DNA of 64,000 nucleotides from Kofleriaceae bacterium (GTDB lineage Bacteria > Myxococcota_A > Polyangia > Haliangiales > Haliangiaceae): the NCBI GenBank assembly GCA_965215005.1, contig CBDCCZ010000039.1, forward strand, positions 42,572 to 106,571, in the 5' to 3' direction. Positions 34,907 to 44,964 of the stretch are shown here, in pieces (positions within the stretch are counted from its first letter, which is position 1; each line of letters starts with the position of its first letter). The notes under the pieces were generated by a model that did not search any database, had not been told where the DNA came from, and saw only the letters and a list, made by a program, of their open reading frames with translations. A program made the position numbers and the translations under genes.

Positions 34907-36079
34907 CTAAAACCTCACGAAGTCGTCGCTGGTGAAGATGGCGAGCAGCGCATCTCGCAGCTGATAGTTGTTCGACTCGAAAGCGCTCACGTGCTGCGCG
35001 ATCACCTCGGAGGGAACCACCGCGAGCGAATCGACGATGTCGGCTTTGCCCAGCGCCCAGTTCCACACCCGCGCGATAAGGCACTCGTGCACCGCCGGAT
35101 CCGCGGCCATTGCCGCACCCAAGCTCGGCAGGTCTAAGGCCGGCACCCCGAGTCGCCACGCCGTCGCTTCTCCCGCTGGCAGCCAATCCGTGGGTGCCGT
35201 GCGCGGGCTGCCTTCGGTTGGGTTGCTCACCGCGATGTCCGCCGTCCACGCGCCGCTCTCGTCAAAGGTGCCAAACAGCGGCGCCAGATGATTCATGCTC
35301 GAGTGGCAGTTGGCGCACACCACCGATGAGGTGTCGAGGAAGTCGACGGTGCCGCCGTTGGCGGTCCCAGCGATGCTCTCGAGCGGCCATGGAGAGGTGT
35401 ACGCAGCGCCTCCGCCGACCTCGGTTGACTCGCTCACCTCGGCAGGAAACGCGCCGCAGGCGAACGTCTCCTGCACCCAACGCACCCGCCGAAACGCCAT
35501 GTTCGAGAAGAAGTGCGCTTGCACACCGGGATTGCTGAGCACCCCCGCGTGCGCCGGCACTCCATTGCCGCAGTCGCCGGCGGCGAAGCTGCCCGTGGCG
35601 GGATCGAAGCTTGGACAGGTGCCGACGGTGGCGGTGAACAGCTCGGTCATCGGCCGGTTCTCCACCACCAGCTGCGCAGCAAACGCCGGAGCGCTGTCGA
35701 GCAGCGGCGAGCCGCCCATCTTGAACGTGTCGCGCCAGAAGTCGAGCATCTGGCCCGCGAACCGCGGATCTTGCAAATACTGCGCAATCAAAGCCTCGTA
35801 GGCGGCCTTTTGGTCGACCGCGTCGGCGACGAACTTGATTTCCGCCAGGGTCGGCAGCTGCCCGGTCAGTCGCAGCGCCGCGATGCGCAGCGCGGCGCTG
35901 TAATCGACCGTGCGCATCGCTAGCAGCGCCGTCCACTCGTCGGTGGTGGTCGACGGGTCATCCGGTTGCGAGTCATCGACGTCGGCCAAACCGCTGTCGT
36001 CGGCGTCGCCACCGCAGCCGGGTGCCATCGCCATCCACAGGCACGCGCCGACTCCAAGCCAGGTGCCAAAGCGTTTCAT
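34907..36079 (-). CDS. Monoheme lipoprotein with planctomycete-type PSD/PSCyt (DUF1549/DUF1588/DUF1585-like) segments
   Basis: AAGGAG RBS; lipobox APG-C; LR...L.LTG.LPT; HAGVL; R.R...ETFAC; CANCH..M..LA..F..FD..G; C...VWNWALG. Confidence 0.7.
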   Translation of the reverse strand: MKRFGTWLGVGACLWMAMAPGCGGDADDSGLADVDDSQPDDPSTTTDEWTALLAMRTVDYSAALRIAALRLTGQLPTLAEIKFVADAVDQKAAYEALIAQYLQDPRFAGQMLDFWRDTFKMGGSPLLDSAPAFAAQLVVENRPMTELFTATVGTCPSFDPATGSFAAGDCGNGVPAHAGVLSNPGVQAHFFSNMAFRRVRWVQETFACGAFPAEVSESTEVGGGAAYTSPWPLESIAGTANGGTVDFLDTSSVVCANCHSSMNHLAPLFGTFDESGAWTADIAVSNPTEGSPRTAPTDWLPAGEATAWRLGVPALDLPSLGAAMAADPAVHECLIARVWNWALGKADIVDSLAVVPSEVIAQHVSAFESNNYQLRDALLAIFTSDDFVRF

Positions 36080-36123
36080 GAGGCTCTCCTTTGCTCTGCC
36101 AAAAGCCACTTCGCTGCGCGCCA

Positions 36124-37233
36124 TCACGGTGCTGCGACCTCGGTGTTGATCCACACCAGGACCTGGTCGCGAAACGCCGTGAATGCGGCCGGGTCGCCGC
36201 CAAACTTGAACGGGTGACCGGCCCCCGAGAGCGGATCGGGCGCGACGAACAGGCCGCTGTTGGGAGGATCCGCCAAGTTCACTCGGCTGAGAATCTGGCC
36301 ACAGGCCGCCGCTTGCGCTTCGGGAGCCAAATCGCCGAGCCGAGACATGTCGGTGGCCGCGGTTGCCGAGGCATCCGCCCCCGCGTGGCAGCTGGCGCAA
36401 TTGGCGGCTAACGCTGGCTGCGCGTTGGTGGTGAACGAAGCGACGTCTTTGCACCCAGCGGCCGTTGGCACCTCGCCGCCGGCCGCTGGTTCGGCCAGCG
36501 AAAAGTGCAGCGACAGCATCGCCTCGACCGGCACATTCACCAGCACCACGGTGCCGCCACCGATCATGGCGCTGGTCGCCGGCTGCAGGCTCAGCTCGAC
36601 GTCTGCGAAGCGGTCGATTGGATCTGGAGTTGGCAGGCCATCGCTCCACGTGACCAGCAGCGGATGGGTTAGATGCGCGCCAGCGGGGCCGGCGTTGACC
36701 ATCAGCTCGGAGAGATAGATGCCGACCTGAAGCCGCTCGAGGCGAAACGTAACGGTCGAGCCCGGCAGGCCAATTTGCGCCAAATCAATGGTGTTGATGC
36801 CGACCACAGGCGCAAAGGCAGCAGTCTGCGAGATTGCCGCCGGCTCGACCGCCCGGGCGTCGGCTTCCAAGCCAATCCAGGCCTCGACACTTGCCTGCTG
36901 CGCCGCCGTCCACGCTGGGCCGTCGTGGGACCCTTTAGCCAAGAGACGACTACTCGCCGGAGACTCGAGGTTGACTAACCCCGGCCACGCCATCACCGCG
37001 GTGTAGACATCGGGATCGGGCGCCACGAAGCCAATGCTGCCCGGGGTCGAGTGGCACGCCGCGCAGAAGCCATTGAGCAGCGGCGTGATGTCGCTGTCGA
37101 ACATCGCCCGCGCTTGCGCCGCGCCATCCGCGCCTGCATCGGCGCCGCCGGGATTGAAGGTTTCGATACCGCCCGTACAACCCGCCGCGGCAACAAGCAG
37201 GGCGGCAGCGGCTGCCGAACCAAGGACATGCAT
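36124..37233 (-). CDS. Di-heme c-type cytochrome lipoprotein (planctomycete cytochrome c-like)
   Basis: Lipobox AAG-C; two repeats F...I.P.L...C..CH (CAACH, CASCH) each followed by VNL..P..S.L...H....W. Confidence 0.8.
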   Translation of the reverse strand: MHVLGSAAAAALLVAAAGCTGGIETFNPGGADAGADGAAQARAMFDSDITPLLNGFCAACHSTPGSIGFVAPDPDVYTAVMAWPGLVNLESPASSRLLAKGSHDGPAWTAAQQASVEAWIGLEADARAVEPAAISQTAAFAPVVGINTIDLAQIGLPGSTVTFRLERLQVGIYLSELMVNAGPAGAHLTHPLLVTWSDGLPTPDPIDRFADVELSLQPATSAMIGGGTVVLVNVPVEAMLSLHFSLAEPAAGGEVPTAAGCKDVASFTTNAQPALAANCASCHAGADASATAATDMSRLGDLAPEAQAAACGQILSRVNLADPPNSGLFVAPDPLSGAGHPFKFGGDPAAFTAFRDQVLVWINTEVAAP

Positions 37234-37245
37234 ATCCGGCCACAG

Positions 37246-37261
37246 AGCAGCCTGCGTGCCG
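37246..37261 (-). promoter_or_regulatory. Putative sigma-54 promoter of the cytochrome cluster
   Basis: Minus strand CGGCAC-GCAGG-CTGCT; -12 C is 14 nt before ATG 37233. Confidence 0.6.
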
Positions 37262-37285
37262 GTCGACGGCGGCGTGCGTTATGGC

Positions 37286-37307
37286 AGTGCAATCGCCGAG
37301 TTGCACT
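37286..37307. promoter_or_regulatory. Palindromic operator candidate
   Basis: AGTGCAA-N8-TTGCACT perfect 7-bp inverted repeat just upstream of the sigma-54 box. Confidence 0.45.
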
Positions 37308-37412
37308 CTACCGGTGGCGCAAATGAGGCCTTTAGGCCTGGGGAGGCGGGCCCGCGCACGGGGCGAGGCGGTGTCGAGAGACTCCACCTCGTGCGCCCGC
37401 TGCGGCCGGCGG

Positions 37413-38411
<999 letters not shown>

Positions 38412-38423
38412 GTCGGCTGCGGC

Positions 38424-38439
38424 AGCAATGATTACGCCA
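38424..38439 (-). promoter_or_regulatory. Putative sigma-54 promoter of the UDP-glucuronate decarboxylase gene
   Basis: Minus strand TGGCGT-AATCA-TTGCT; -12 C is 14 nt before ATG 38411. Confidence 0.7.
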
Positions 38440-38577
38440 ACGTGTCGGTTGTCTCTGCAGATGTTTCGGCCGCGAAATGACGCCTCTTTGCCGCCATTAG
38501 GGCAAAACGTGTGCGTCACAGTGGGGCAACCTGCCCCTCCGGAGTCCCGTCATCGTCCCACGTGGCGGAGTCACCCG

Positions 38578-38593
38578 CGGAACAGCGGTTGCA
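38578..38593 (+). promoter_or_regulatory. Putative sigma-54 promoter of the glycan operon
   Basis: CGGAAC-AGCGG-TTGCA; -12 C is 14 nt before GTG 38606. Confidence 0.6.
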
Positions 38594-38605
38594 CCACGCG
38601 CGGCT

Positions 38606-39721
38606 GTGGCAACAACAGCGCTTATCACCGGCGGCGCGGGCTTTATCGGCTCGCATCTCGCGGATGAGCTCGGACGACGCGGCTGGAACGTCCGCGCGCT
38701 CGATAGCTTGATCCCGCAAGTACATGGGGACGATGGCAAGCGACCTGCGTATCTCGATCCGGCGGTCGAGCTCCAGGTCGGCGACGTGCGCGATCCGCAA
38801 GCGGTGCAGCGCGCTCTTGCGGGTGTCGATGCAGTCTTTCACTTTGCCGCGCGCGTCGGCGTCGGCCAAAGCATGTATCGCGTCGCCGACTACACCAGCG
38901 TCAACGACGTCGGCACAGCGGTTCTCATGGAAGCGCTTTCCGAGCGACCGGTCGAGCGTTTGGTAGTTGCCTCGAGCATGAGCATCTACGGCGAAGGCCG
39001 CTATCGCCGTCCCGATGAAACCACCTTCGACGCTGCCAGTCGGCAGCGCCGCGAGCTCGAAAATGGCCAATGGGAGCCTACGGATCCAGACGGCATTGCG
39101 CTCACGCCGGTGCCGACGCCCGAGGACAAATCGCCAACGCTCGAGTCGGTGTATGCCCTCAACAAGTACAACCAAGAACGCCTCGCGCTCATCCTCGGGC
39201 GCGCCTACAAGATTCCCACCGTGGCGCTGCGCTTCTTCAACGTCTATGGCACCCGCCAGGCGCTGTCCAATCCGTACACCGGCGTGTTGGCGATTTTCGC
39301 CTCGCGCCTGCTCAACGGCCGACCACCGCTGATCTTCGAAGATGGTGCGCAGAAGCGCGACTTCGTCAGCGTCAAAGACGTGGCTCGCGCCTGCTGCGCG
39401 GCGCTCACCGCCGATGCCGATGGCCACGTGTTCAACATCGGCAGTGGCAACGCGTATACGGTCACCGAGGTGGCCGAGCGGCTGGCGCGCGTGATGGGGC
39501 GCGGCGAGCTGACTCCAGAGATCACCGGCGAGTATCGCGTGGGCGATATTCGCCACTGCTACGCGGATATCGGCGCTGCCCGGCAGCGACTCGAGTATCG
39601 CCCCAGTGTCGACTTCGACGCTGGGCTCACCGAGCTGGCAGGTTGGCTCGAAACCCAAGTTGCCGTCGACCACGTGGCGAGCGCCCGGCAAGAGCTTTCG
39701 GCTCGGGGGCTCACGGTATGA
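38606..39721 (+). CDS. NAD-dependent epimerase/dehydratase (extended SDR)
   Basis: ITGGAGFIGSH, ASSMSIYGEG, YALNK, LRFFNVYG, RDFVSV.D. Confidence 0.92.
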   Translation: MATTALITGGAGFIGSHLADELGRRGWNVRALDSLIPQVHGDDGKRPAYLDPAVELQVGDVRDPQAVQRALAGVDAVFHFAARVGVGQSMYRVADYTSVNDVGTAVLMEALSERPVERLVVASSMSIYGEGRYRRPDETTFDAASRQRRELENGQWEPTDPDGIALTPVPTPEDKSPTLESVYALNKYNQERLALILGRAYKIPTVALRFFNVYGTRQALSNPYTGVLAIFASRLLNGRPPLIFEDGAQKRDFVSVKDVARACCAALTADADGHVFNIGSGNAYTVTEVAERLARVMGRGELTPEITGEYRVGDIRHCYADIGAARQRLEYRPSVDFDAGLTELAGWLETQVAVDHVASARQELSARGLTV

Positions 39722-40785
39722 GCGGTCCCATCGTCATTCTCGGCGGCGCCGGTTTCGTCGGCACCAATCTCGCCGATGCCCTCGCTCGCGACGGCACACG
39801 GGTTCGCATTTTCGATAATCTTTCCCGCCCCGGTGTCGTCGCGAACGCCAACTGGTTGCGCGAGCAACACGGCGACCGCGTCGAGCTGATCGTCGGCGAC
39901 ATTCGCGAACCCGCCGCGGTGCAAGAAGCACTGCAAGGAGCGCAGGCTGTCTACCATCTTGCCGCGCAGGTCGCCGTGACCACGAGCCTCGCGGAGCCCT
40001 TGCTCGACTTCGACGTCAACCTCAGAGGCACGATGAACGTGCTCGAGAGCCTCCGTCGCATGCGGGTGCCGCCGCCGCTCGTCTTCACCTCGACCAACAA
40101 AGTGTACGGCGATCTCGACCTGCGCTTCGTCGAGGGGCCGCAGCGCTACGTGCCTGGCGAGCTGCGCGTGGCCGAGCAAGGCGTCGACGAGCAGCAGCCG
40201 CTGAGCTTTCACAGCCCCTACGGCTGCTCGAAAGGCGCCGCCGACCAATACGTGCTCGATTACGCGCGCTGCTATGGCCTGCCCACCGTTGTTTTCCGCA
40301 TGAGCTGCATCTACGGCCCTCATCAAATGGGTACCGAGGATCAGGGCTGGGTGGCGCACTTCTGCATTCGCGCGCTTCGTGGCGAAGACATCACGATCTT
40401 CGGCGATGGCAAGCAGGTGCGCGATGTTCTGTTCGCCAGCGACCTAGTCGCTGCGCTGCGTCTGGCTGGCGACAACGCCGCCGCGTTGGCAGGGCGCGCT
40501 TTCAACATCGGCGGCACACCCGCCAATAGCTTGAGTCTCCTCGAGCTGCTCGCGCTCATCGAAACCCATGTCGGTCGCGCGCCGCAGCTGCGCTTCGAAG
40601 ACTGGCGCCCCAGCGATCAGCGCTACTACACCTCCGACGTCCGCGCCTTCACCGGCGCAACCGATTGGCGCCCGCAGATCGCACCGGCCGAAGGCGTCGA
40701 GCGGTTGCTCGCGTGGCTAGCCGAACAAGCCACGCCAACCGCGGCGCCCTACGCGGTCGCCGGCGCCGTGCGGAGGTCCTCGTGA
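39718..40785 (+). CDS. NAD-dependent epimerase, CDP-tyvelose epimerase-like
   Basis: ATGA overlap start; GGAGFVG, HLAAQVAVTTS, STNKVYG, SPYGCSKG, FRMSCIYG, EDQGWVAHF, GDGKQVRD. Confidence 0.9.
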   Translation: MSGPIVILGGAGFVGTNLADALARDGTRVRIFDNLSRPGVVANANWLREQHGDRVELIVGDIREPAAVQEALQGAQAVYHLAAQVAVTTSLAEPLLDFDVNLRGTMNVLESLRRMRVPPPLVFTSTNKVYGDLDLRFVEGPQRYVPGELRVAEQGVDEQQPLSFHSPYGCSKGAADQYVLDYARCYGLPTVVFRMSCIYGPHQMGTEDQGWVAHFCIRALRGEDITIFGDGKQVRDVLFASDLVAALRLAGDNAAALAGRAFNIGGTPANSLSLLELLALIETHVGRAPQLRFEDWRPSDQRYYTSDVRAFTGATDWRPQIAPAEGVERLLAWLAEQATPTAAPYAVAGAVRRSS

Positions 40786-41750
40786 TTCCCGAGCGCATGC
40801 GCGCCGCGGTGCTCACCGGGCCGCGCCGCGTGGAAGTGCAGCACGTGCCGACGCCGCAGCCGGGGCCAACGCAGGTGCTGCTTCGCATCGAGGGCTGCGG
40901 GTTGTGCGGCTCCAACCTGCCGCCGTGGGAAGGACGGCCGTGGTTCGAATATCCCTTCGCGCCTGGTGCTCCTGGGCATGAAGGTTGGGGTCGCGTGGTG
41001 GCCGTTGGCTCGGAGGTCAACGACGTTGCCGTTGGCGACCGGGTCGCGGCTCTCACCTACAATGCGTTTGCTGAGTACGACGTTGCTGAAGCCAGCGCCA
41101 CGGTGGCGCTGCCGCCTGCACTTGATGGTGTTGATGTGCCCGGCGAGCCGCTGGCGTGCGTCATGAACGTCTTCCGTCGCAGCGACATCGCCGCCGGTCA
41201 GCACGTCGCCATCCTCGGTATCGGCTTTCTCGGAGCGGTTCTCACCCAGCTCGCCAGCCGCGCCGGCGCCAACGTCATCGCCATCTCGCGCCGCGGCACC
41301 GCGCTCGACACCGCCCGCGCAATGGGTGCTAAGCACGTCCTCGAGCTCGAAGCTGGCGATCAAGTCGTGGCAGCGGTCGAGGAGCTCACCCAAGGTGCCC
41401 TCTGCGATCGAGTGATCGAGGCGACCGGCTATCAACAGCCCCTCGAGCTCGCAGCAAAGCTCACTCGCGTGCGCGGCCGGCTGATCATCGCGGGGTTTCA
41501 TCAAGATGGGCACCGGCAGGTCGACATGCAGCTGTGGAACTGGCGCGGGATTGACGTCATCAACGCCCACGAGCGCGACCCGGCGATCTACATCGAAGGG
41601 ATGCGGGCCGCGATCGAGTCCATGGCCGAGGGAACTCTCACAATCGACCCGCTCCTCACGCACAAAGTCACCCTTGATCGGCTCGACGAGGTGTTCGACG
41701 CCCTCGAGCAGCGGCCGCGGGGATTCTTGAAAGGCCAGGTCGCGCCATGA
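40782..41750 (+). CDS. Zn-dependent medium-chain (MDR) dehydrogenase
   Basis: GTGA overlap after GGAGG; GLCGS, PGHEGWG, GEPLAC, GIGFLG; lacks the 4-Cys structural zinc lobe. Confidence 0.88.
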   Translation: MIPERMRAAVLTGPRRVEVQHVPTPQPGPTQVLLRIEGCGLCGSNLPPWEGRPWFEYPFAPGAPGHEGWGRVVAVGSEVNDVAVGDRVAALTYNAFAEYDVAEASATVALPPALDGVDVPGEPLACVMNVFRRSDIAAGQHVAILGIGFLGAVLTQLASRAGANVIAISRRGTALDTARAMGAKHVLELEAGDQVVAAVEELTQGALCDRVIEATGYQQPLELAAKLTRVRGRLIIAGFHQDGHRQVDMQLWNWRGIDVINAHERDPAIYIEGMRAAIESMAEGTLTIDPLLTHKVTLDRLDEVFDALEQRPRGFLKGQVAP

Positions 41751-42760
41751 AGCCCCGGCTGGGGTTTGTCGGCGTTGGCTGGATCGGCCGAAATCGCCTA
41801 GAAGCGCTGCTGCAAGATGACGCCGCCGAGGCCTGCGTCATCGTCGATCCGGTGCGCGAGAATCGCCTCGCGGCCGCCGAGCTCGCCCCGAAAGCCGTTC
41901 AATACGGCAGCCTTGAGGAAGCGCTGACGCATGAGCTAGACGGGGTGGTGCTTGCCACGCCCAGCGCGCTCCACGCCGCGCAAACCATCACCGCGCTCGA
42001 GCACGGCGTCGCGGTGTTCTGCCAGAAGCCGCTGGCGCGAACCGCCGGCGAGACCCGCGTCGTGGTCGAGACCGCGCGCACCGCCGATCGCCTGCTTGGA
42101 GTCGACTTCTCGTATCGCCACACCGCGGCCATGCAGGCAATCGCAGCGCATGCTGGCAGTGGTGAGCTCGGCAGCATCTACGCCCTCGACTTGACGTTTC
42201 ACAACGCCTACGGCCCCGACAAGCCGTGGTTCTACGATCGAGCGCAGTCCGGAGGCGGCTGCGTAATGGATCTGGGCGTGCATCTGGTCGACTTGGCGCT
42301 TTGGCTCACCGGCTTTCCAAGCGTCGAAAGCGTTGAAAGCCATCTTTACGCCGGCGGAACGCGATTGCCCGCGGGCGCTGCGCACGGTCCCTGTGAGGAT
42401 TACGCGGCCGTTCAGCTGGCTCTCGACGGCGGCATCAGCGTGCGCCTCACCTGCTCCTGGAACCTGCCCGCGGGTCGCGATGCGGTGATTTCGGCAACCG
42501 TGTGGGGAACCGGCGGCGGCCTCGCCATGCGCAACGTCAACGGCTCGTTTTTCGACTTTGTTGCCGAGCGCTACGCGCGAACCCAGACCTTCGTCCTCAG
42601 CGAGCCACCCGATGATTGGGGCGGCCGCGCCGCGATTGCCTGGGCGCGCGAGCTCGGCCGCGGGGCCAGATTTTCAGCCACTGCCGAGGAGCACATTCGG
42701 GTCGCCGAGGTAGTCGATGCCATCTACGGAGCGCCGGGGAGCATATCGTGCGTGTCTTGA
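41747..42760 (+). CDS. Gfo/Idh/MocA-family oxidoreductase
   Basis: GVGWIG, ATPSALH, VFCQKPL, GGGCVMDLGVHLVD. Confidence 0.92.
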   Translation: MKPRLGFVGVGWIGRNRLEALLQDDAAEACVIVDPVRENRLAAAELAPKAVQYGSLEEALTHELDGVVLATPSALHAAQTITALEHGVAVFCQKPLARTAGETRVVVETARTADRLLGVDFSYRHTAAMQAIAAHAGSGELGSIYALDLTFHNAYGPDKPWFYDRAQSGGGCVMDLGVHLVDLALWLTGFPSVESVESHLYAGGTRLPAGAAHGPCEDYAAVQLALDGGISVRLTCSWNLPAGRDAVISATVWGTGGGLAMRNVNGSFFDFVAERYARTQTFVLSEPPDDWGGRAAIAWARELGRGARFSATAEEHIRVAEVVDAIYGAPGSISCVS

Positions 42761-43851
42761 TGACCACCGACACGGTCGGCGGCGTGTGGACCTATGCCCT
42801 CGACTTGATCCGCGCGCTCGAGCCAGCGGGCGTTGAAGTCTTGCTCGCGACCATGGGGCCGCCGCCAAGCGTCGAGCAGCGCGCCGCCGCCGCCGCGCGG
42901 GGCAACCTGCGACTGGAAACCTCGAGCTATCAGCTCGAGTGGATGCCAGAGCCGTGGGACGACGTCCGCCGGGCAGGCTCATGGCTGCTCGGTCTCGCAG
43001 ACGCCTTCGACCCGACGCTCATCCACCTCAATGGCTACGTGCATGCCGCGCTGCCGTGGCAACGCCCCACCGTGGTCGTCGCCCACTCGTGCGTGCTGTC
43101 GTGGTGGCGCGCGGTTCATCGCCAACCGGCGCCGGCGCCGTGGCGACCGTACTGGCGAGCGGTGGCGCGCGGTCTTGCAGCCGCCGATGTGGTCGTAGCG
43201 CCAACCGCGGCCATGCTCGAAAGCGTTGGCACCCTCTATGGCGTTCCCATCGAGGGTCGCGTCATCTACAACGGCCGTGATCAAACCGAGCTGATCGCAG
43301 CCGCCAAACAGCCCTACGTATTCAGCGCCGGACGCGTGTGGGATGAGGCCAAGAACATCGCGGCGCTCGATGCGGCGGCGGCCGAGGTGCCGTGGCCAGT
43401 TTACGTTGCCGGCTCGCTCGCCCACCCTTCGGGACGGCAGCTGCAGCCGAGCAACGTGACGGCGCTGGGCCACCTCACGCCTGCCGAGCTCGGCAGTTGG
43501 CTCGCGTCTGCGGCTATCTATGCGCTGCCGGCACGCTACGAGCCATTTGGCCTCTCGGCAGTCGAAGCCGGACTCGCGGGTTGCGCGCTGGTGCTCGGCG
43601 ACCTGCCGAGCCTGCGAGAAGTCTGGGACGACGCCGCCGTGTTCGTCGAGCCAACCGATAGCCGAGCACTCGCCGCAGCGATTCGTGGACTCATCGACGA
43701 TCCCCGCCGCGTCGCGGCCATGGCGCAACGAGCTCATGCGCGCGCCGCAACCTACACTCTCGAGCGGATGGCCAGCGCGTATCTGGCTTTGTATCGCCAG
43801 CTGTACGCTGAACGGCCGCTCGCGCACCGAGGAGCCCGATGCGCATCGTAA
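42748..43851 (+). CDS. GT4-family glycosyltransferase
   Basis: VLMTTDTVGGVWTY, AGRVWDEAKN, PARYEPFGLSAVEA (ExFG...E). Confidence 0.9.
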   Translation: MRVLMTTDTVGGVWTYALDLIRALEPAGVEVLLATMGPPPSVEQRAAAAARGNLRLETSSYQLEWMPEPWDDVRRAGSWLLGLADAFDPTLIHLNGYVHAALPWQRPTVVVAHSCVLSWWRAVHRQPAPAPWRPYWRAVARGLAAADVVVAPTAAMLESVGTLYGVPIEGRVIYNGRDQTELIAAAKQPYVFSAGRVWDEAKNIAALDAAAAEVPWPVYVAGSLAHPSGRQLQPSNVTALGHLTPAELGSWLASAAIYALPARYEPFGLSAVEAGLAGCALVLGDLPSLREVWDDAAVFVEPTDSRALAAAIRGLIDDPRRVAAMAQRAHARAATYTLERMASAYLALYRQLYAERPLAHRGARCAS

Positions 43852-44951
43852 TGTTCTATCACTCACTGGTTTCCTGCTGGAACCACGGCAACGCGCACTT
43901 CCTACGCGGTCTGGTGAGCGAGCTCGCGGCTCGCGGGCATGACGTCGTGGTGTACGAGCCGAGCGACGGCTGGAGCCGAACCAATCTAGTGCGCGAGCAT
44001 GGCGAGGCTGCGCTCGCCGACCTCACCGCGGCCCTGCCGAATCTGCAGAGCCACGGCTATGACTCCAAGAGCCTCGAGCTCGATCGTGTTCTAGACGGTG
44101 CAGACCTCGTGCTGGTGCACGAGTGGAACGAGCACGACCTGGTGGCGCGCATCGGCGCGCATCGGCGCGTGAGCCGCTATAAGCTGCTGTTTCACGATAC
44201 CCATCACCGCGCGGTCACCGACCCGGCCGCCATGGCCCGCTACGAGCTGCGCGACTACGACGGCGTCTTGGCATTTGGCGAGGTTATTCGCGAGCTCTAT
44301 CTGCGGCAGGGTTGGACAGCTCGTGCCTGGACCTTTCACGAAGCCGCCGACGTGCGCCGCTTTCACCCGCTGGGTGGTGAAAACGAGCTTGGCGAGCTGG
44401 TGTGGGTGGGCAACTGGGGCGACGGCGAGCGGGATGCCGAGCTTGCCGAGTTCTTACTCGAGCCGGTGCGGGCACTTGCCTTGCGCGCATCCATCTACGG
44501 AGTGCGTTATCCCGACCACGCGCTCGGCGCACTGCAGCGGGCCGGCGCTACGTATCGCGGTTGGCTGCCAAACCACCGGGTCCCGCGCACCTTTGCGGCT
44601 CATCGCGTGACCGTCCACGTGCCGCGCCGGCCGTATGTCGAGGCCCTGCCCGGGATTCCCACGATCCGCCCCTTCGAGGCCATGGCCTGCGGCATTCCGC
44701 TGATCTCGAGCCCCTGGGATGACTGCGAAGGCCTGTTCAGCGCGGGTCACGATTACCTCGTGGCGCGCGATGGCGTCGAGATGCAGCGCCAGCTGCGCGC
44801 GGTGCTGCACGACTCCGCCCTCGCTTCGTCTTTGGCCGAGCACGGCCGCCGCACCATATTGACCCGCCATACGTGCGGCCACCGTGCCGATGAGCTCCTG
44901 GCCATCTACGCGCAGCTCGATGCGCCGGCCAAGGCCGCAGCGTCTGCGTGA
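43839..44951 (+). CDS. CgeB-family glycosyltransferase-like protein
   Basis: SCWNHGNAHFLRG, HDTHHR, IRPFEAMACG.PLIS, HT..HRA. Confidence 0.88.
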   Translation: MRIVMFYHSLVSCWNHGNAHFLRGLVSELAARGHDVVVYEPSDGWSRTNLVREHGEAALADLTAALPNLQSHGYDSKSLELDRVLDGADLVLVHEWNEHDLVARIGAHRRVSRYKLLFHDTHHRAVTDPAAMARYELRDYDGVLAFGEVIRELYLRQGWTARAWTFHEAADVRRFHPLGGENELGELVWVGNWGDGERDAELAEFLLEPVRALALRASIYGVRYPDHALGALQRAGATYRGWLPNHRVPRTFAAHRVTVHVPRRPYVEALPGIPTIRPFEAMACGIPLISSPWDDCEGLFSAGHDYLVARDGVEMQRQLRAVLHDSALASSLAEHGRRTILTRHTCGHRADELLAIYAQLDAPAKAAASA

Positions 44952-44964
44952 AAGGAACCCGACG

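Noticed and set aside
34875..36649. Long N-terminal extensions of the 34185 and 34907 ORFs
   Set aside because: They overlap upstream genes; internal starts have an RBS and lipoprotein signal peptides.
39070..39717. N-terminal extension of the second epimerase in the ORF track
   Set aside because: Overlaps the first epimerase out of frame; the SDR fold begins at the ATGA-coupled start 39718.
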